From Eledone cirrhosa (lineage: Eukaryota), in assembly GCA_964016885.1 (NCBI GenBank), contig OZ024765.1, forward strand, positions 3,720,001 to 3,784,000: a DNA stretch of 64,000 nucleotides. Reading direction: 5' to 3'. The position numbers and the translations under genes were made by a program. Each line of letters begins with the position of its first letter. Position 1 is the stretch's first letter. Shown here in pieces: positions 48,391-59,680 of this stretch. The notes under the pieces are model-generated. The model searched no databases and was not told where the DNA came from. It worked only from the letters and a program-made list of their open reading frames with translations.

Positions 48391-50274
48391 TCAAGTGTGT
48401 GTTATTTTATGTGACTTCAGATGAATTTTCTGTATGAAAGATTTTCCACATGTTTCACAGTCAAAACGTTTTTCTCGGGTGTGTGTTACTTTGTGAGTTT
48501 TGAGATGAGCGTTTTGTATGAAAGATTTCCCACATATTTCACAGGAAAAAGGTTTTTCTCCTGTGTGTGTCCTTTTATGTAATTTTAACACACCATTAGT
48601 GACAAATGATTTCCCACATACTTCACAATGATGGAGGTTTTCACCAGTATGTTTTCTGTTGTGTAGTGTCAATTCACTTTTGGTGTAAAATAATTTTTCA
48701 CATACTTCACAACGGAAGAGTTTTTCTCCAGTGTGACGAAGTTTATGAGCAGCAAGTTGAGAAGTATCGGTGAAATATTTCCCACATATTTCACAATGAC
48801 AACATTTCTCTCCAGTGTGTGTTCTTTTATGTTTAGTTAAACTACCATTTTCAGCAAAAGTTTTGCCACATATTTCACAATGGCAGGGTTTCTCTCCAGT
48901 GTGTGTCCGTTTGTGAATTCTTAAACTACTGCTAGTGAACAGTGATTTCCCACATATTTCACAGTGAAACGGTTTCTCTCCAGTATGAATACGCTTGTGT
49001 GCAACAAGGTTCGAATTACTAACAAAATGTTTCCCGCATATTTCACAATGAAACAGGTTGTCGCCAGTGTGAATTCTTTTGTGCGTTGATAAATTACTGC
49101 TACACACAAAATATTTACCACATATCTCACAGTGGTAAGGTTTCTCTCCAGTGTGTGTGCGTTTGTGTTTTTTTAGCTTATCATTAGTAACATAACACAT
49201 TCCACATATATTACAGCGGTAAGGTTTCTCTCCAGTGTGTATTTTTATGTGTCTGCTTAAATAACAGTTCTGGGCAAAACATTTTCCACATATCTCACAG
49301 CGGAAAGGTTTCTCGCCAGTGTGACTACGTATATGGATAACAAGTCTGGAATTATTAATAAAAGATTTCCCACATATCACACACTGTAATAGATCTCCAG
49401 TGTGTGTTTTTTTGTGAGATGTTAAATAACTGTTACTGGAAAAATACTCCCCACATATGTCACAGCGGTAAGGTTTCTCTCCAGTATGTGTACGTCTGTG
49501 GATAACAAGAGTTGAATAAGCAACAAGACATTTGCCACATATCTCGCAATGAAATAGACCTTCTCCAGTATGTGTTCTTTTATGTTTTGTTAAATAGTCG
49601 TTACTAGAAAAAGATTTGCCACATATTTTACAGTGGAAAAGTTTCTCTCCAGTATGTGTTCTTTTGTGTGATTTCAAAATACCTTTCAGGATAAAAGATT
49701 TTCCACATATTTCACATTGGAAGGGTTTTTCTCCAGTGTGTGTACTTATATGTGTTGTTAAATTATAACGTGAAAGAAAACGGTTCCCACATATTTCACA
49801 ATGAAATGGTTTCTCTCCTGTGTGCGTTCTTTTGTGTTTTGTTAAATTACTGCTACTGGTAAAAGATTTGCCACATATTTCACAGTGGTGACGTTTCTTT
49901 CCAGCGTGAATACGTCTGTGGATAACAACATCCGAATCAGAAAGAAAACATTTCCCACATATTCCACAGTGGTAAGTGTGTATTCTTTTGTGTTGTGTTA
50001 AATATTTCTTACGGGCAAAAGATTTGCCACAAATTTCACAGTCGAAAGGTTTCTCACTCTTGTGTGTTTCTTTGTGTGTGATGACTTCATCTTCTGAAGA
50101 GAAAGTTTTCTTACAAATCTCACAACAATATTCAGGAATATTTCCGTGTAACGATGTTTGTTCAGTAAACGTTTCATTAGATAAAGGTTTCTCATCACTG
50201 TATGTCTGTGTAACTGTATCTATATTGTTAAACACAGTTGTGTTAGAAATGTCCAACTGTTTAACATCCCCCAT
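48391..50274 (-). CDS. C2H2 zinc-finger protein, subfamily B (627 aa, 21 fingers)
   Basis: Intact ORF; decayed finger sequence continues past the stop. Confidence 0.95.
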   Translation of the reverse strand: MGDVKQLDISNTTVFNNIDTVTQTYSDEKPLSNETFTEQTSLHGNIPEYCCEICKKTFSSEDEVITHKETHKSEKPFDCEICGKSFARKKYLTQHKRIHTYHCGICGKCFLSDSDVVIHRRIHAGKKRHHCEICGKSFTSSSNLTKHKRTHTGEKPFHCEICGNRFLSRYNLTTHISTHTGEKPFQCEICGKSFILKGILKSHKRTHTGEKLFHCKICGKSFSSNDYLTKHKRTHTGEGLFHCEICGKCLVAYSTLVIHRRTHTGEKPYRCDICGEYFSSNSYLTSHKKTHTGDLLQCVICGKSFINNSRLVIHIRSHTGEKPFRCEICGKCFAQNCYLSRHIKIHTGEKPYRCNICGMCYVTNDKLKKHKRTHTGEKPYHCEICGKYFVCSSNLSTHKRIHTGDNLFHCEICGKHFVSNSNLVAHKRIHTGEKPFHCEICGKSLFTSSSLRIHKRTHTGEKPCHCEICGKTFAENGSLTKHKRTHTGEKCCHCEICGKYFTDTSQLAAHKLRHTGEKLFRCEVCEKLFYTKSELTLHNRKHTGENLHHCEVCGKSFVTNGVLKLHKRTHTGEKPFSCEICGKSFIQNAHLKTHKVTHTREKRFDCETCGKSFIQKIHLKSHKITHT

Positions 50275-51403
50275 AGTAATTTACCGAGAATTATCTGTAA
50301 TTATAATCTAATATAGTTCAGTTTCTTGTCTTAAATATCCTGGAACTCTGTTTACACGATATAATTAGATTAGATGTAATTATAATATATTATAACTCAG
50401 TTTCTTGTCTTAGATATCCTGGGACTCTGATTAAAGCAAAAGATAACATGTTCCTGGTTACGTTGAAAATATTTCCCTCTACTGAACAATACCGGTGTCA
50501 TATCAAAATCATATCCTGCGATATTTTAATACATTCGGAAACATCTTTAATTTATCCAACCCATGGTAAATAACTTAATATACATTAGCTATCAAAGTAA
50601 CTACTAATATGTATCATGTTGGATGGCTATACAGGGTTGCTGAACGAGCTATAAATAGCAGTCAAATGATCCCTCAAATTTCAGCCTAACATCTTATTAA
50701 ATGAAGAACACATTGGACGTTATTTTAGTTTAGATATACAAAATATACCTGATGATCATGGTTGGAATGTCTTTTTAACAGAATCTGGAACATTGGCAGT
50801 AACCAATTGGGTAATGAGATCGATAATTAATCAATTTCTTTCTTTGATTTTCTGTGATTAAGTTTTAATTGAAAGTATTAGCCTTATTTTACGTTAGGGA
50901 GTCAACGACACCATCAGAACTAGAAGTAACTCTTATAACTTTCAGATTCTCAAATATTCTAATATTTCACTTTTTTAAATCAACGAAGTGTGACAGAAAT
51001 TTTCAACATTTTAAATCACAAAGAAATGTTTACGTTGAATGTATTTAAAATACTCCCTGTGTGATATCATTACATGATGATGATGATGAGAGATCCCACA
51101 CTCACTGCTGAGGGTCGGGGTCTATGGACAATTGCATCAATGTTCACCTATATGTTGTTGAATGTCCACGTTTCTCCTCGGGGGGAATAAAAAGGAATGT
51201 TGGTGAGTCCCTAATCGGCGCCTGAATATTAACCGGAAGCTGGCTACCAGGTCACAGTTGTCCCCCTTCATCACAAAAAGGAAGGTGTAATTTATATATA
51301 TATATATATAGATGAGATTCTACAGGACTAGAACTGTTTCATTCTCTGCTATGTATTGAGTACCTTACTTACTGTGGTTACCTCCGATTCAACCCGGAAT
51401 AAC

Positions 51404-51462
<59 letters not shown>

Positions 51463-51588
51463 GAAGTTCTATTTAAATTGTTGGGATACAACAAGCAAAT
51501 CTTTTTATAACAGATATAAAGCACTTAAATTATTGGAGTAAAAATACGATATATTAACAAATGGAAACTATATTTATAAAACCATATT

Positions 51589-51653
51589 TATTTCATTATA
51601 CATATTTCAAGGACACCAAGTTAAATTATGGTGTGCTTTCATCAGATAAAATA
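51589..51653 (-). ncRNA. Type I hammerhead ribozyme in Penelope-type pLTR, with inverted partial copy at 51715-51785
   Basis: tattttat-CTGATGA-aagcacacca..tggtgtcctt-GAAAtatgtATA-atgaaata. Confidence 0.7.
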
Positions 51654-51776
51654 TCATATAGAGCAGTTTTATAAATAAATATTGACATACCCTTAAAGAA
51701 TGCGACCATTTCTGTTGGTGTCCTTGAAATATGTATAATGAAATAAATATGGTTTTATAAATATAGTTTCCATTTG

Positions 51777-51823
<47 letters not shown>

Positions 51824-51863
51824 CGCACCAGAGTACTCGATTTTTAGGGTAGTAGAGTGGCTA

Positions 51864-51960
51864 ATAGGAAAAGAGTCAGGACCCAGACGGCTGAGCCCCG
51901 GTCAGCTAGATATAGCTGTCGAAACGACCAGAGCTCAGTGGTCGGGGTCGTGACTCTTTT

Positions 51961-51965
<5 letters not shown>
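51864..51965. repeat. GC-rich hairpin, ~40-bp arms
   Basis: ataggaaaagagtcaggacccagacggctgagccccggtc / gaccagagctcagtggtcggggtcgtgactcttttcctat. Confidence 0.8.
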
Positions 51966-52001
<36 letters not shown>

Positions 52002-52129
52002 ATCCGACCAAGGAAACTTCTTGTTAAGTCAAACAACTCCGTACGTTCAAACTATCCTCGACATAGAGTACTCACAACCTCTAGCTGGATTACCTTAAAC
52101 GATACTTTGTTATACTATATATATATATA

Positions 52130-52385
52130 ATCATTTTACGTCCGCTTTTCCCTGCTTGCAAGGGTGAGACGGGTCCTCTCTTCAGCATAGCATCTCTCCA
52201 CTTGTCACGGTCCTTTGTCATCTGCTTTGTGAGTTTCAGCGATCTGAGGTCAGTTCTCACCACCTCCGTCCATGTCTTTCGTGGTCTTCCTTCCACGTCC
52301 TCCATAGTAACTGTAGAGAATTGTCTGTCATTATAATTTATTATAGTTCAGTTTCTTGTCTTAGATATCCTGGGACTCTGTTTAC
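52130..52385 (-). pseudogene. ZNF subfamily B 5' stub (MEDV) truncated by an RTE 3' fragment
   Basis: The 79-bp acceptor unit and ATG GAG GAC GT are joined in frame to EGRPRKTWTEVVRTDL..DRDKWR. Confidence 0.7.
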
Positions 52386-52873
52386 TAAGATGTTTGAATG
52401 ATATTTGAAGAGTCATTTGGTTTCTATCTCTAGCACGTTCAGAAACCCTGTGCAGCCATCCTACATGATACATATTAGTAGTTACTTCGATGGCTAACGT
52501 AAATTGCGTTATTGACCATGGGTTGGAAACAATTGAAGATGTTTCTGAATAAATTAAACTATACCAGGATATTATTTTGATATGACACCGGTATCGTTCA
52601 GTCGTGGGAAACATTTTTAACGTAACCAGGAACATATTAACAGAGTCCCAGGATATCTAAGCCAAGAAACTGAACTATAATATATTATAATTACATCTAA
52701 TCTAATTATATCGTGTAAACAGAGTCCCAGGATATCTAGGACAAGAAACTAAACTATAATAAATTATAATTATATCTAATCTAATTATATCGTGTAAACA
52801 GAGTCCCAGGATATCTAAGCCAAGAAACTGAACTATAATATATTATAATTACAGATAATTCTCGGAAATTACT

Positions 52874-54385
52874 ATGGAGGATGTTAAACAGTTGGAAACT
52901 TTTACTGAACAAACATCGTTACACGGAAATATTCCTGAATATTGTTGTAAGATTTGTAAGAAAACTTTCACTTCAGAAGATGAAGTAATCACACACAAAG
53001 AAACACACAAGAGTGAGAAACCTTTACACTGTGAAATTTGTGGCAAATTTTTCAGTTATAATTCCAAACTAGTCCTCCACAAAAGAATACACACTGGAGA
53101 AAAACTATTTCGGTGTGAAATATGTGGTAAATCTTTCACGCAAAAATCAAGTCTTGTGGTTCACAAACGGAGACACACTGGAGAGAAACCATTTCATTGT
53201 GAAATATGTGGGGAGTCATTCTTTAATAATTCTTGTCTTGTTATCCACGTACGTAGTCACACTGGGGAAAAACCATTCCACTGTGAAATTTGTGGGAAAT
53301 CTTTTACCTCTAAAAGTATTTTAATCATTCACAAAAAAAGACATGCGGGAGAGAAAAGTTTTCGTTGTGAGACATGTGGGAAATCTTTCGTTACTAATGC
53401 TGAATTAACAAAGCACAACAGAAGACACACTGGAGAAAACCGCTTTCATTGTGAAATATGTGGGGAGTTTTTTCTCGATAGCAGTAATTTAATAACTCAC
53501 AAAAGAATCCATACTGGAGAAAAACCTTTTCACTGTGAAATTTGTGGTAAATCTTTCACTCAACACACTCATCTCGTCATCCATAGACGTAGTCACACGG
53601 GAGAGAAACCTTATCAGTGTGAATTATGTGGGAAATCTTTTGTTTTTAGTACATCGCTTGTTATCCATAGACGTACACACACAGGAGAGAAACCATTTCA
53701 CTGTGAAATATGTGGGAACCGTTTCCTTTCACGTTATAATTTAACAACACATATAAGTACACACACTGGAGAAAAACCCTTCCAATGTGAAATATGTGGA
53801 AAATATTTTGTGTGTAGCGGTAACTTATCAGCACATAAAAGAATTCACACTGGTATCAACCTGTTTTATTGTGAAATTTGTGGGAAATCTTGTGTTACAA
53901 ATTCAAATCTTGTTGCACACAAGCGTATTCATACCGGAGAGAAACCATTTCACTGTGAAATATGTGGAAAATCCCTTTTCACTAGCAGTAGTTTAAGACA
54001 ACATAAAATGTCACACACTGGGGAGAAACCATTTCATTGTGAAGAATGTGGCAAATCTTATGTTACTAATTCAACTCTTGTTGCTCACAAGCGTATTCAT
54101 ACTGGGGAGCAACAATTCCACTGTAAAATATGTGGGAAATCACTTTTGAGCAGCAGTAGTTTAAGACAACACATAAGTATACACACAGGAGAGAAACCAT
54201 TTCATTGTGAAGTGTGTGGGAAATCTTTCAGCACTAATGATAGGTTAAAATTACATACAAGTACACACACTGGAGAAAAGCCCTACCACTGTGACATTTG
54301 TGGACAGTCTTTTGTCAGAAACGATCGTTTAACAAAACACAGAAAAATCCATGCCAGGGAAAGTCCGTTATATTGTGAAATATAA
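52874..54385 (+). CDS. C2H2 zinc-finger protein, subfamily B (503 aa, 17 fingers; 26-aa N-terminal deletion)
   Basis: Intact ORF. Confidence 0.95.
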   Translation: MEDVKQLETFTEQTSLHGNIPEYCCKICKKTFTSEDEVITHKETHKSEKPLHCEICGKFFSYNSKLVLHKRIHTGEKLFRCEICGKSFTQKSSLVVHKRRHTGEKPFHCEICGESFFNNSCLVIHVRSHTGEKPFHCEICGKSFTSKSILIIHKKRHAGEKSFRCETCGKSFVTNAELTKHNRRHTGENRFHCEICGEFFLDSSNLITHKRIHTGEKPFHCEICGKSFTQHTHLVIHRRSHTGEKPYQCELCGKSFVFSTSLVIHRRTHTGEKPFHCEICGNRFLSRYNLTTHISTHTGEKPFQCEICGKYFVCSGNLSAHKRIHTGINLFYCEICGKSCVTNSNLVAHKRIHTGEKPFHCEICGKSLFTSSSLRQHKMSHTGEKPFHCEECGKSYVTNSTLVAHKRIHTGEQQFHCKICGKSLLSSSSLRQHISIHTGEKPFHCEVCGKSFSTNDRLKLHTSTHTGEKPYHCDICGQSFVRNDRLTKHRKIHARESPLYCEI

Positions 54386-54404
54386 CATTAGTAGCGTGTT
54401 AAAA

Positions 54405-54910
54405 TATACACACTGGAGAGAAGACTTTAAACTGTAGACATTAAGAAATCTTTATTGTGTAAATCTAAATATATTGTCTACCATCATGTACAGACTGGAG
54501 GGAAGACTTTAAACTGTGAACCTTGAGAAATATTGCTTGTGTAAATCTAAATATATTGTCTACTAACATGTACAGACTGGAGGGAAGACTTTAAACTGTG
54601 AACCTTGAGAAATATTTCTTGTGTAAATCTAAATATATTGTCTACTAACATGTACACACTGGAGGGAAGACTTTACTCTGTGAGCCTTAAGAAATATTTC
54701 TTGTGTAAATCTAAATATATTGTCTACTAACATGTACACACTGGAGGGAAGACTTTACTCTATGAGCCTTAAGAAATATTTCTTGTGTAAATCTAAATAT
54801 ATTGTCTACTAACATGTACACACTAGAGGAAGACTTTAAACTGTGAACCTTAAGAAATCTTTCTTATGTTAATCTAAATATATTGTCTTACCAACATGTA
54901 CACAATGGAG
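54405..54910 (+). repeat. 82-bp degenerate zinc-finger repeat in putative 3' UTR (~6 copies; ~5 copies at 59700-60122)
   Basis: Unit contains cacactggagggaagactttaaactgtgaaccttga (HTGGKTLNCEP-stop). Period 82 from starts at 54488 and 54570. Confidence 0.85.
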
Positions 54911-55182
54911 AATATTTATCATAGTGAAATATGTTAGAAATCATTCTCTGTTAATTTTCATCTTGTAGTCTACAAATGTGATCTCATTTGAGAGAAACCT
55001 TTTCACTAAAATATTTGGGAAATCCTTATTTGTGGTATATAAACTTGTTGATAAATGTATATACACTGGACATTGATGCACAGGGGCCCTCTATCTTTAT
55101 TAAGCAGTATCCTAAAGTGAAAACACTCGTGCAGTCCTGCATGTATATCCTACCTGGTGTTGCTGCTTTATGGATTTCAAAA

Positions 55183-55342
55183 TACCGTATTTCCCAGTGC
55201 TGAAGGTGCTTCGATCCTCGATGATGAACCCTAATTTTGACAACCAAAAATTTGAAACAACCTTCGGCCTCCAGGACACACGGTAGATTTTTGAGACTTA
55301 ATTTAGGAAAAAGTAGCATCTTCAACGCTGGGAAATATGGCA
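55183..55342. mobile_element. pogo/Tc1-type MITE (duplicate at 60392-60551)
   Basis: TIRs ta-ccgtatttcccagtgctgaag / cttcaacgctgggaaatatgg-ca. Confidence 0.65.
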
Positions 55343-55484
55343 GTTTTCTACTGGCTTTCCTCGTTTTCACCAGTTCCATTCGCTTCTCTGTTCATCAAAG
55401 GTGTAGTAGGATGGTATTTATCCATACAGTAGAGTATGTGCAAAGCTGCCAGTTCTATAAATTTTTTTTTAAATGCTAGAAAAG

Positions 55485-56640
55485 TTAATAATGATAATAA
55501 TAATAAAATTGTGTACAGTGCTCAGGTGCACTACAACTCATCAAAGGTGTGTGTATAGTACATAGAGTAGTGTACAAATGTCAGGAAAGTGATCAGTGTA
55601 TGAGTCATGATATACATGTCTGCATATGTATGGAGGTTTTATAGGATGCAGTGTCTCAGCAGCTAATAACTAATGCAGGTTTTAAGGGATGCAGTGTCTC
55701 GGCAGGTAGTTTGTTCCATGGAGGTTTTAAAGGATGCAGTGTCTTGACAGCTAACAACTGATGCAGGTAGTTTGTTCCATGGAGGTTTTAAAGGATGCAG
55801 TGTCTCGACAGCTAACAACTAATGCAGGTAGTTTGTTCCATGGAGGTTTTAAAGGATGCAGTGTCTCGACAGCTAACAACTGCTGCAGGTAGTTTGTTCC
55901 ATGGAGGTTTTAAAGGATGCAGTGTCTTGACAGCTAACAACTGCTGCAGGTAGTTTGTTCCATGGAGGTTTTAAAGGATGCAGTGTCTCGACAGCTAACA
56001 ACTAATGCAGGTAGTTTGTTCCATGGAGGTTTTAAAGGATGCAGTGTCTCGACAGCTAACAACTGATGCAGGTAGTTTGTTCCATGGAGGTTTTAAAGGA
56101 TGCAGGTAGCTTATTTCATGCTTCAGCAACTCTGAGGTTTTCCTCAATTTCACCAGTTCCATTCTCCTCTCTGTTTATCAAAGGTGTAGTAGGATGGTAT
56201 TGTATTTGTCTATACAGTAAAGTTTGTGCAAAGCCTTGAGTTCTATAAAGTTTTTAAAAATGTTAGCAAAGTTGTCTTTCATGTTGCTATGGCTTGTTGG
56301 ACTGTAAAATACTCTCTTGTGATGCTAAAGTCTGCCAGTTGTAGATTGCTCATCAACACGAGATATTTTTCTCCACAAAGTTTGATCACCAACAGCAGAG
56401 ATCAAGTCCGTTCCATAAGTTGACATTATCAAGCCATCATTTTGACTGCCGGCCTCCGTTTCTCTTACCAGCCAACCTTTTTTCAAGGAATATATATCTT
56501 TCGATCACCAGCAGCAGACTTTAAAGAGCAAAGATCAATAGATTGACATTATCAAGCCATAGATTTGGCTGCCTGCCTCTGCTTCTCTAACCAGCCAACC
56601 TTCCTTCCAGGCATAACCTACTCACACCATGAGTTGATCT
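55485..56640 (-). mobile_element. CR1/L2-like LINE 3' end with 61-bp tandem array (55630-56105); duplicate at 60685-61560 has fewer units
   Basis: Minus-strand WNKLPASVVSCRDTASFKTS motif and (TTA)n tail. Period 61 from starts at 55720 and 55781. Confidence 0.7.
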
Positions 56641-58180
56641 TTTTATATGACTATATAGTTTAAGTACTCTTGACTTGACAATTGATGTAATTTGTCTAAG
56701 TCTGGTAACGTTGAGCAGCTCACTGAGCCACTTGAAAACACTTTATAACAAAATATTGCTTAATAAATTTATCTTTCTTTCTGTAAATAAACTTTTCAGT
56801 GTTCTTAATTTTTCTGGCATAAATAAAACCAGCGACATATTTAAATAAATGTATTGTTTTAATAGACACCCTACTTTATAGTTATCTTCATAATCTACAT
56901 CTGTTTTATCAACACCATATGTAAACCTCCATTGCCCCCCAACTAAACGAAGAGCTATCCCAGAGATGTTTAGTCTTGGTTGTTAGACTGTCGAGAATAA
57001 GGGTCACTCTGATATCAAAACCTGGGTAGATGAGACTCCTTTGTCACTTAGGTGACAACCTTTCAAGTAACCAACAACTTTAGCTTGGTGATAAAGGGGG
57101 ACAACTGTGACTTGGTAGCCAGCTTCCGGTTAATATTCAGGTGAGGATTAGGGACTCATCAACGTTATTTTTTTTTAACCTGAGGAGAAACATGGACATT
57201 CAACAACATATAGGTGAACATTGATGCAATTGTCCATAGACCCTGACCCTCAGCAGTGAGTGTGGGGTCTATCATCATCATCATCATGTAATGATATCAC
57301 ACAGGGAGTATTTTAAATACATTCAACGTAAACATTTCTTTGTAATTTAAAATGTTGAAAATTTCTGTCACACTTCGTTGATTTAAAAAAGTGAAATATT
57401 AGAATATTTGAGAATCTGAAAGTTATAAGAGTTACTTCTAGTTCTGATGGTGTCGTTGACTCCCTAACGTAAAGTAAGGCTAATACTTTCAATTAAAACT
57501 TAATCACAGAGAAAATCAAAGAAAGAAATTGATTAATTATCGATCTCATTACCTAATTGGTTATTGCCAATGTTCCAGATTCTGTTAAAAAGACATTCCA
57601 ACCATGATCATCAGGTATATTTTGTATATCTAAACTAAAATAAATAACGTCCAATGTGTTCTTCATTTAATAAGATTTTAGGCTGAAATTTGAGGGATCA
57701 TTTAACTGCTATTTCTAGCACGTTCAGACCCCTGTATAGCCATCCTACATGATACTTATTAGTAGTTATTTTGATAGCTAATGTATATTAAGTTATTTAC
57801 CATGGGTTGGATACAATTCAAGATGTTTCCGAATGTATTAAAATATCGCAGGATATTATTTTGATATGACACCGGTATTGTTCAGTAGAGGGAAATATTT
57901 TCAACGTAACCAGGAACATGTTATCTTTTAAAATTTGGTTTAATCCAGTTATGTATAGAGAGTCCCAGGCTATCTAAGACAGGAAACTGAACAATAATAT
58001 ATTATAATTACATCTAATCTAATTATATCGTGTAAACAGAGTCCCAGGATATCTAGGACAAGAAACTAAACTATAATATATTATAATCTAATTATATCGT
58101 GTAAACAGAGTCTCAGGATATTTAAGACAAGAAACTGAACTATTTTAGATTATAATTACAGATAATTCTCGGAAATTACT

Positions 58181-59680
58181 ATGGAGGATGTTAAACAGTT
58201 GGACATTTCTAACACAACTGTGTTTAACAATATCGATACAGTTACACAGACATACAGTGATGAGAAACCTTTATCTAATGAAACGTTTACTGAACAAACA
58301 TCGTTACACGGAAATATTCCTGAATATTGTTGTGAGATTTGTAAGAAAACTTTCTCTTCAGAAGATGAAGTCATCACACACAAAGAAACACACAAGAGTG
58401 AGAAACTTTTCGACTGTGAAATTTGTGGCAAATCTTTTGCCAGTAAGAAATATTTAACACAACACAAAAGAACACACACTGGAGAGAAACCTTACCACTG
58501 TGGAATATGTGGGAAATCTTTTGTTTTTAATTCAGCACTTGTTATCCACAAATGTAGTCACACTGGAGAAATATTCTGTGAAATATGTGGAAAATCTTTT
58601 GGCAGTAATGATCATTTAAAAAGACACATAAGAACACATACTGGAGAGGAACCATACCACTGTGAGATATGTGGCAAATCTTTTGCCCGTAATGGTCATT
58701 TAAAAATACACATAAGAACACATACTGGAGAGGAACCTTACCACTGTGAGATATGTGGCAAATCTTTTGCCAGTAAGAAATATTTCAGGAAACACAAAAG
58801 ATCACACACTGGAGAAGATCGATTTCATTGTGAAATATGTGGGAAATGTTTTGTTTCTAATTCGGATCTTGTTATCCACAGACGTATTCACACTGGAGAG
58901 AAACGTCACCACTGTGAAATATGTGGCAAATCTTTTGCCAGTAACAGTAATTTAACAAAACATAAAAGAACGCACACAGGAGAGAAACCATTCCATTGTG
59001 AAATATGTGGGAACCGTTTCCTTTCACATTATAATTTAACAACACATATAAGTACACACACTGGAGAAAAACCCTTCCAATGTGAAATATGTGGAAAATA
59101 TTTTGTGTGTAGCGGTAATTTATCAGCACATAAAAGAATTCACACTGGTAACAACCTGTTTTATTGTGAAATTTGTGGGAAATCTTGTGTTACAAATTCA
59201 ACTCTTGTTGCACACAAGCGTATTCATACCGGAGAGAAACCATTTCACTGTGAAATATGTGGAAAATCCCTTTTCACTAGCAGTAGTTTAAGACAACATA
59301 AAAGGTCACACACTGGGGAGAAACCATTTCATTGTGAAGAATGTGGCAAATCTTATGTTACTAATTCAACTCTTGTTGCTCACAAGCGTATTCATACTGG
59401 GGAGCAACAATTCCACTGTAAAATATGTGGGAAATCACTTTTGAGCAGCAGTAGTTTAAGACAACACATAAGTATACACACAGGAGAGAAACCATTTCAT
59501 TGTGAAGTGTGTGGGAAATCTTTCAGCACTAATGATAGGTTAAAATTACATACAAGTACACACACTGGAGAAAAGCCCTACCACTGTGACATTTGTGGAC
59601 AGTCTTTTGTCAGAAACGATCGTTTAACAAAACACAGAAAAATCCATGCCAGGGAAAGTCCGTTATATTGTGAAATATAA
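58181..59680 (+). CDS. C2H2 zinc-finger protein, subfamily B (499 aa, 16 fingers)
   Basis: Intact ORF. Confidence 0.95.
   Translation: MEDVKQLDISNTTVFNNIDTVTQTYSDEKPLSNETFTEQTSLHGNIPEYCCEICKKTFSSEDEVITHKETHKSEKLFDCEICGKSFASKKYLTQHKRTHTGEKPYHCGICGKSFVFNSALVIHKCSHTGEIFCEICGKSFGSNDHLKRHIRTHTGEEPYHCEICGKSFARNGHLKIHIRTHTGEEPYHCEICGKSFASKKYFRKHKRSHTGEDRFHCEICGKCFVSNSDLVIHRRIHTGEKRHHCEICGKSFASNSNLTKHKRTHTGEKPFHCEICGNRFLSHYNLTTHISTHTGEKPFQCEICGKYFVCSGNLSAHKRIHTGNNLFYCEICGKSCVTNSTLVAHKRIHTGEKPFHCEICGKSLFTSSSLRQHKRSHTGEKPFHCEECGKSYVTNSTLVAHKRIHTGEQQFHCKICGKSLLSSSSLRQHISIHTGEKPFHCEVCGKSFSTNDRLKLHTSTHTGEKPYHCDICGQSFVRNDRLTKHRKIHARESPLYCEI

Noticed and set aside
50745-50780. CTGATGA as a hammerhead core (mirrored at ~57610 and partly at ~62535)
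   Set aside because: No stem II or GAAA, and the core is not conserved among the duplicates.
55026-55479. 117-122 aa ORFs repeated at 60313-60681
   Set aside because: They span a MITE and a LINE fragment; the similarity comes from the recent segmental duplication and their ends differ.
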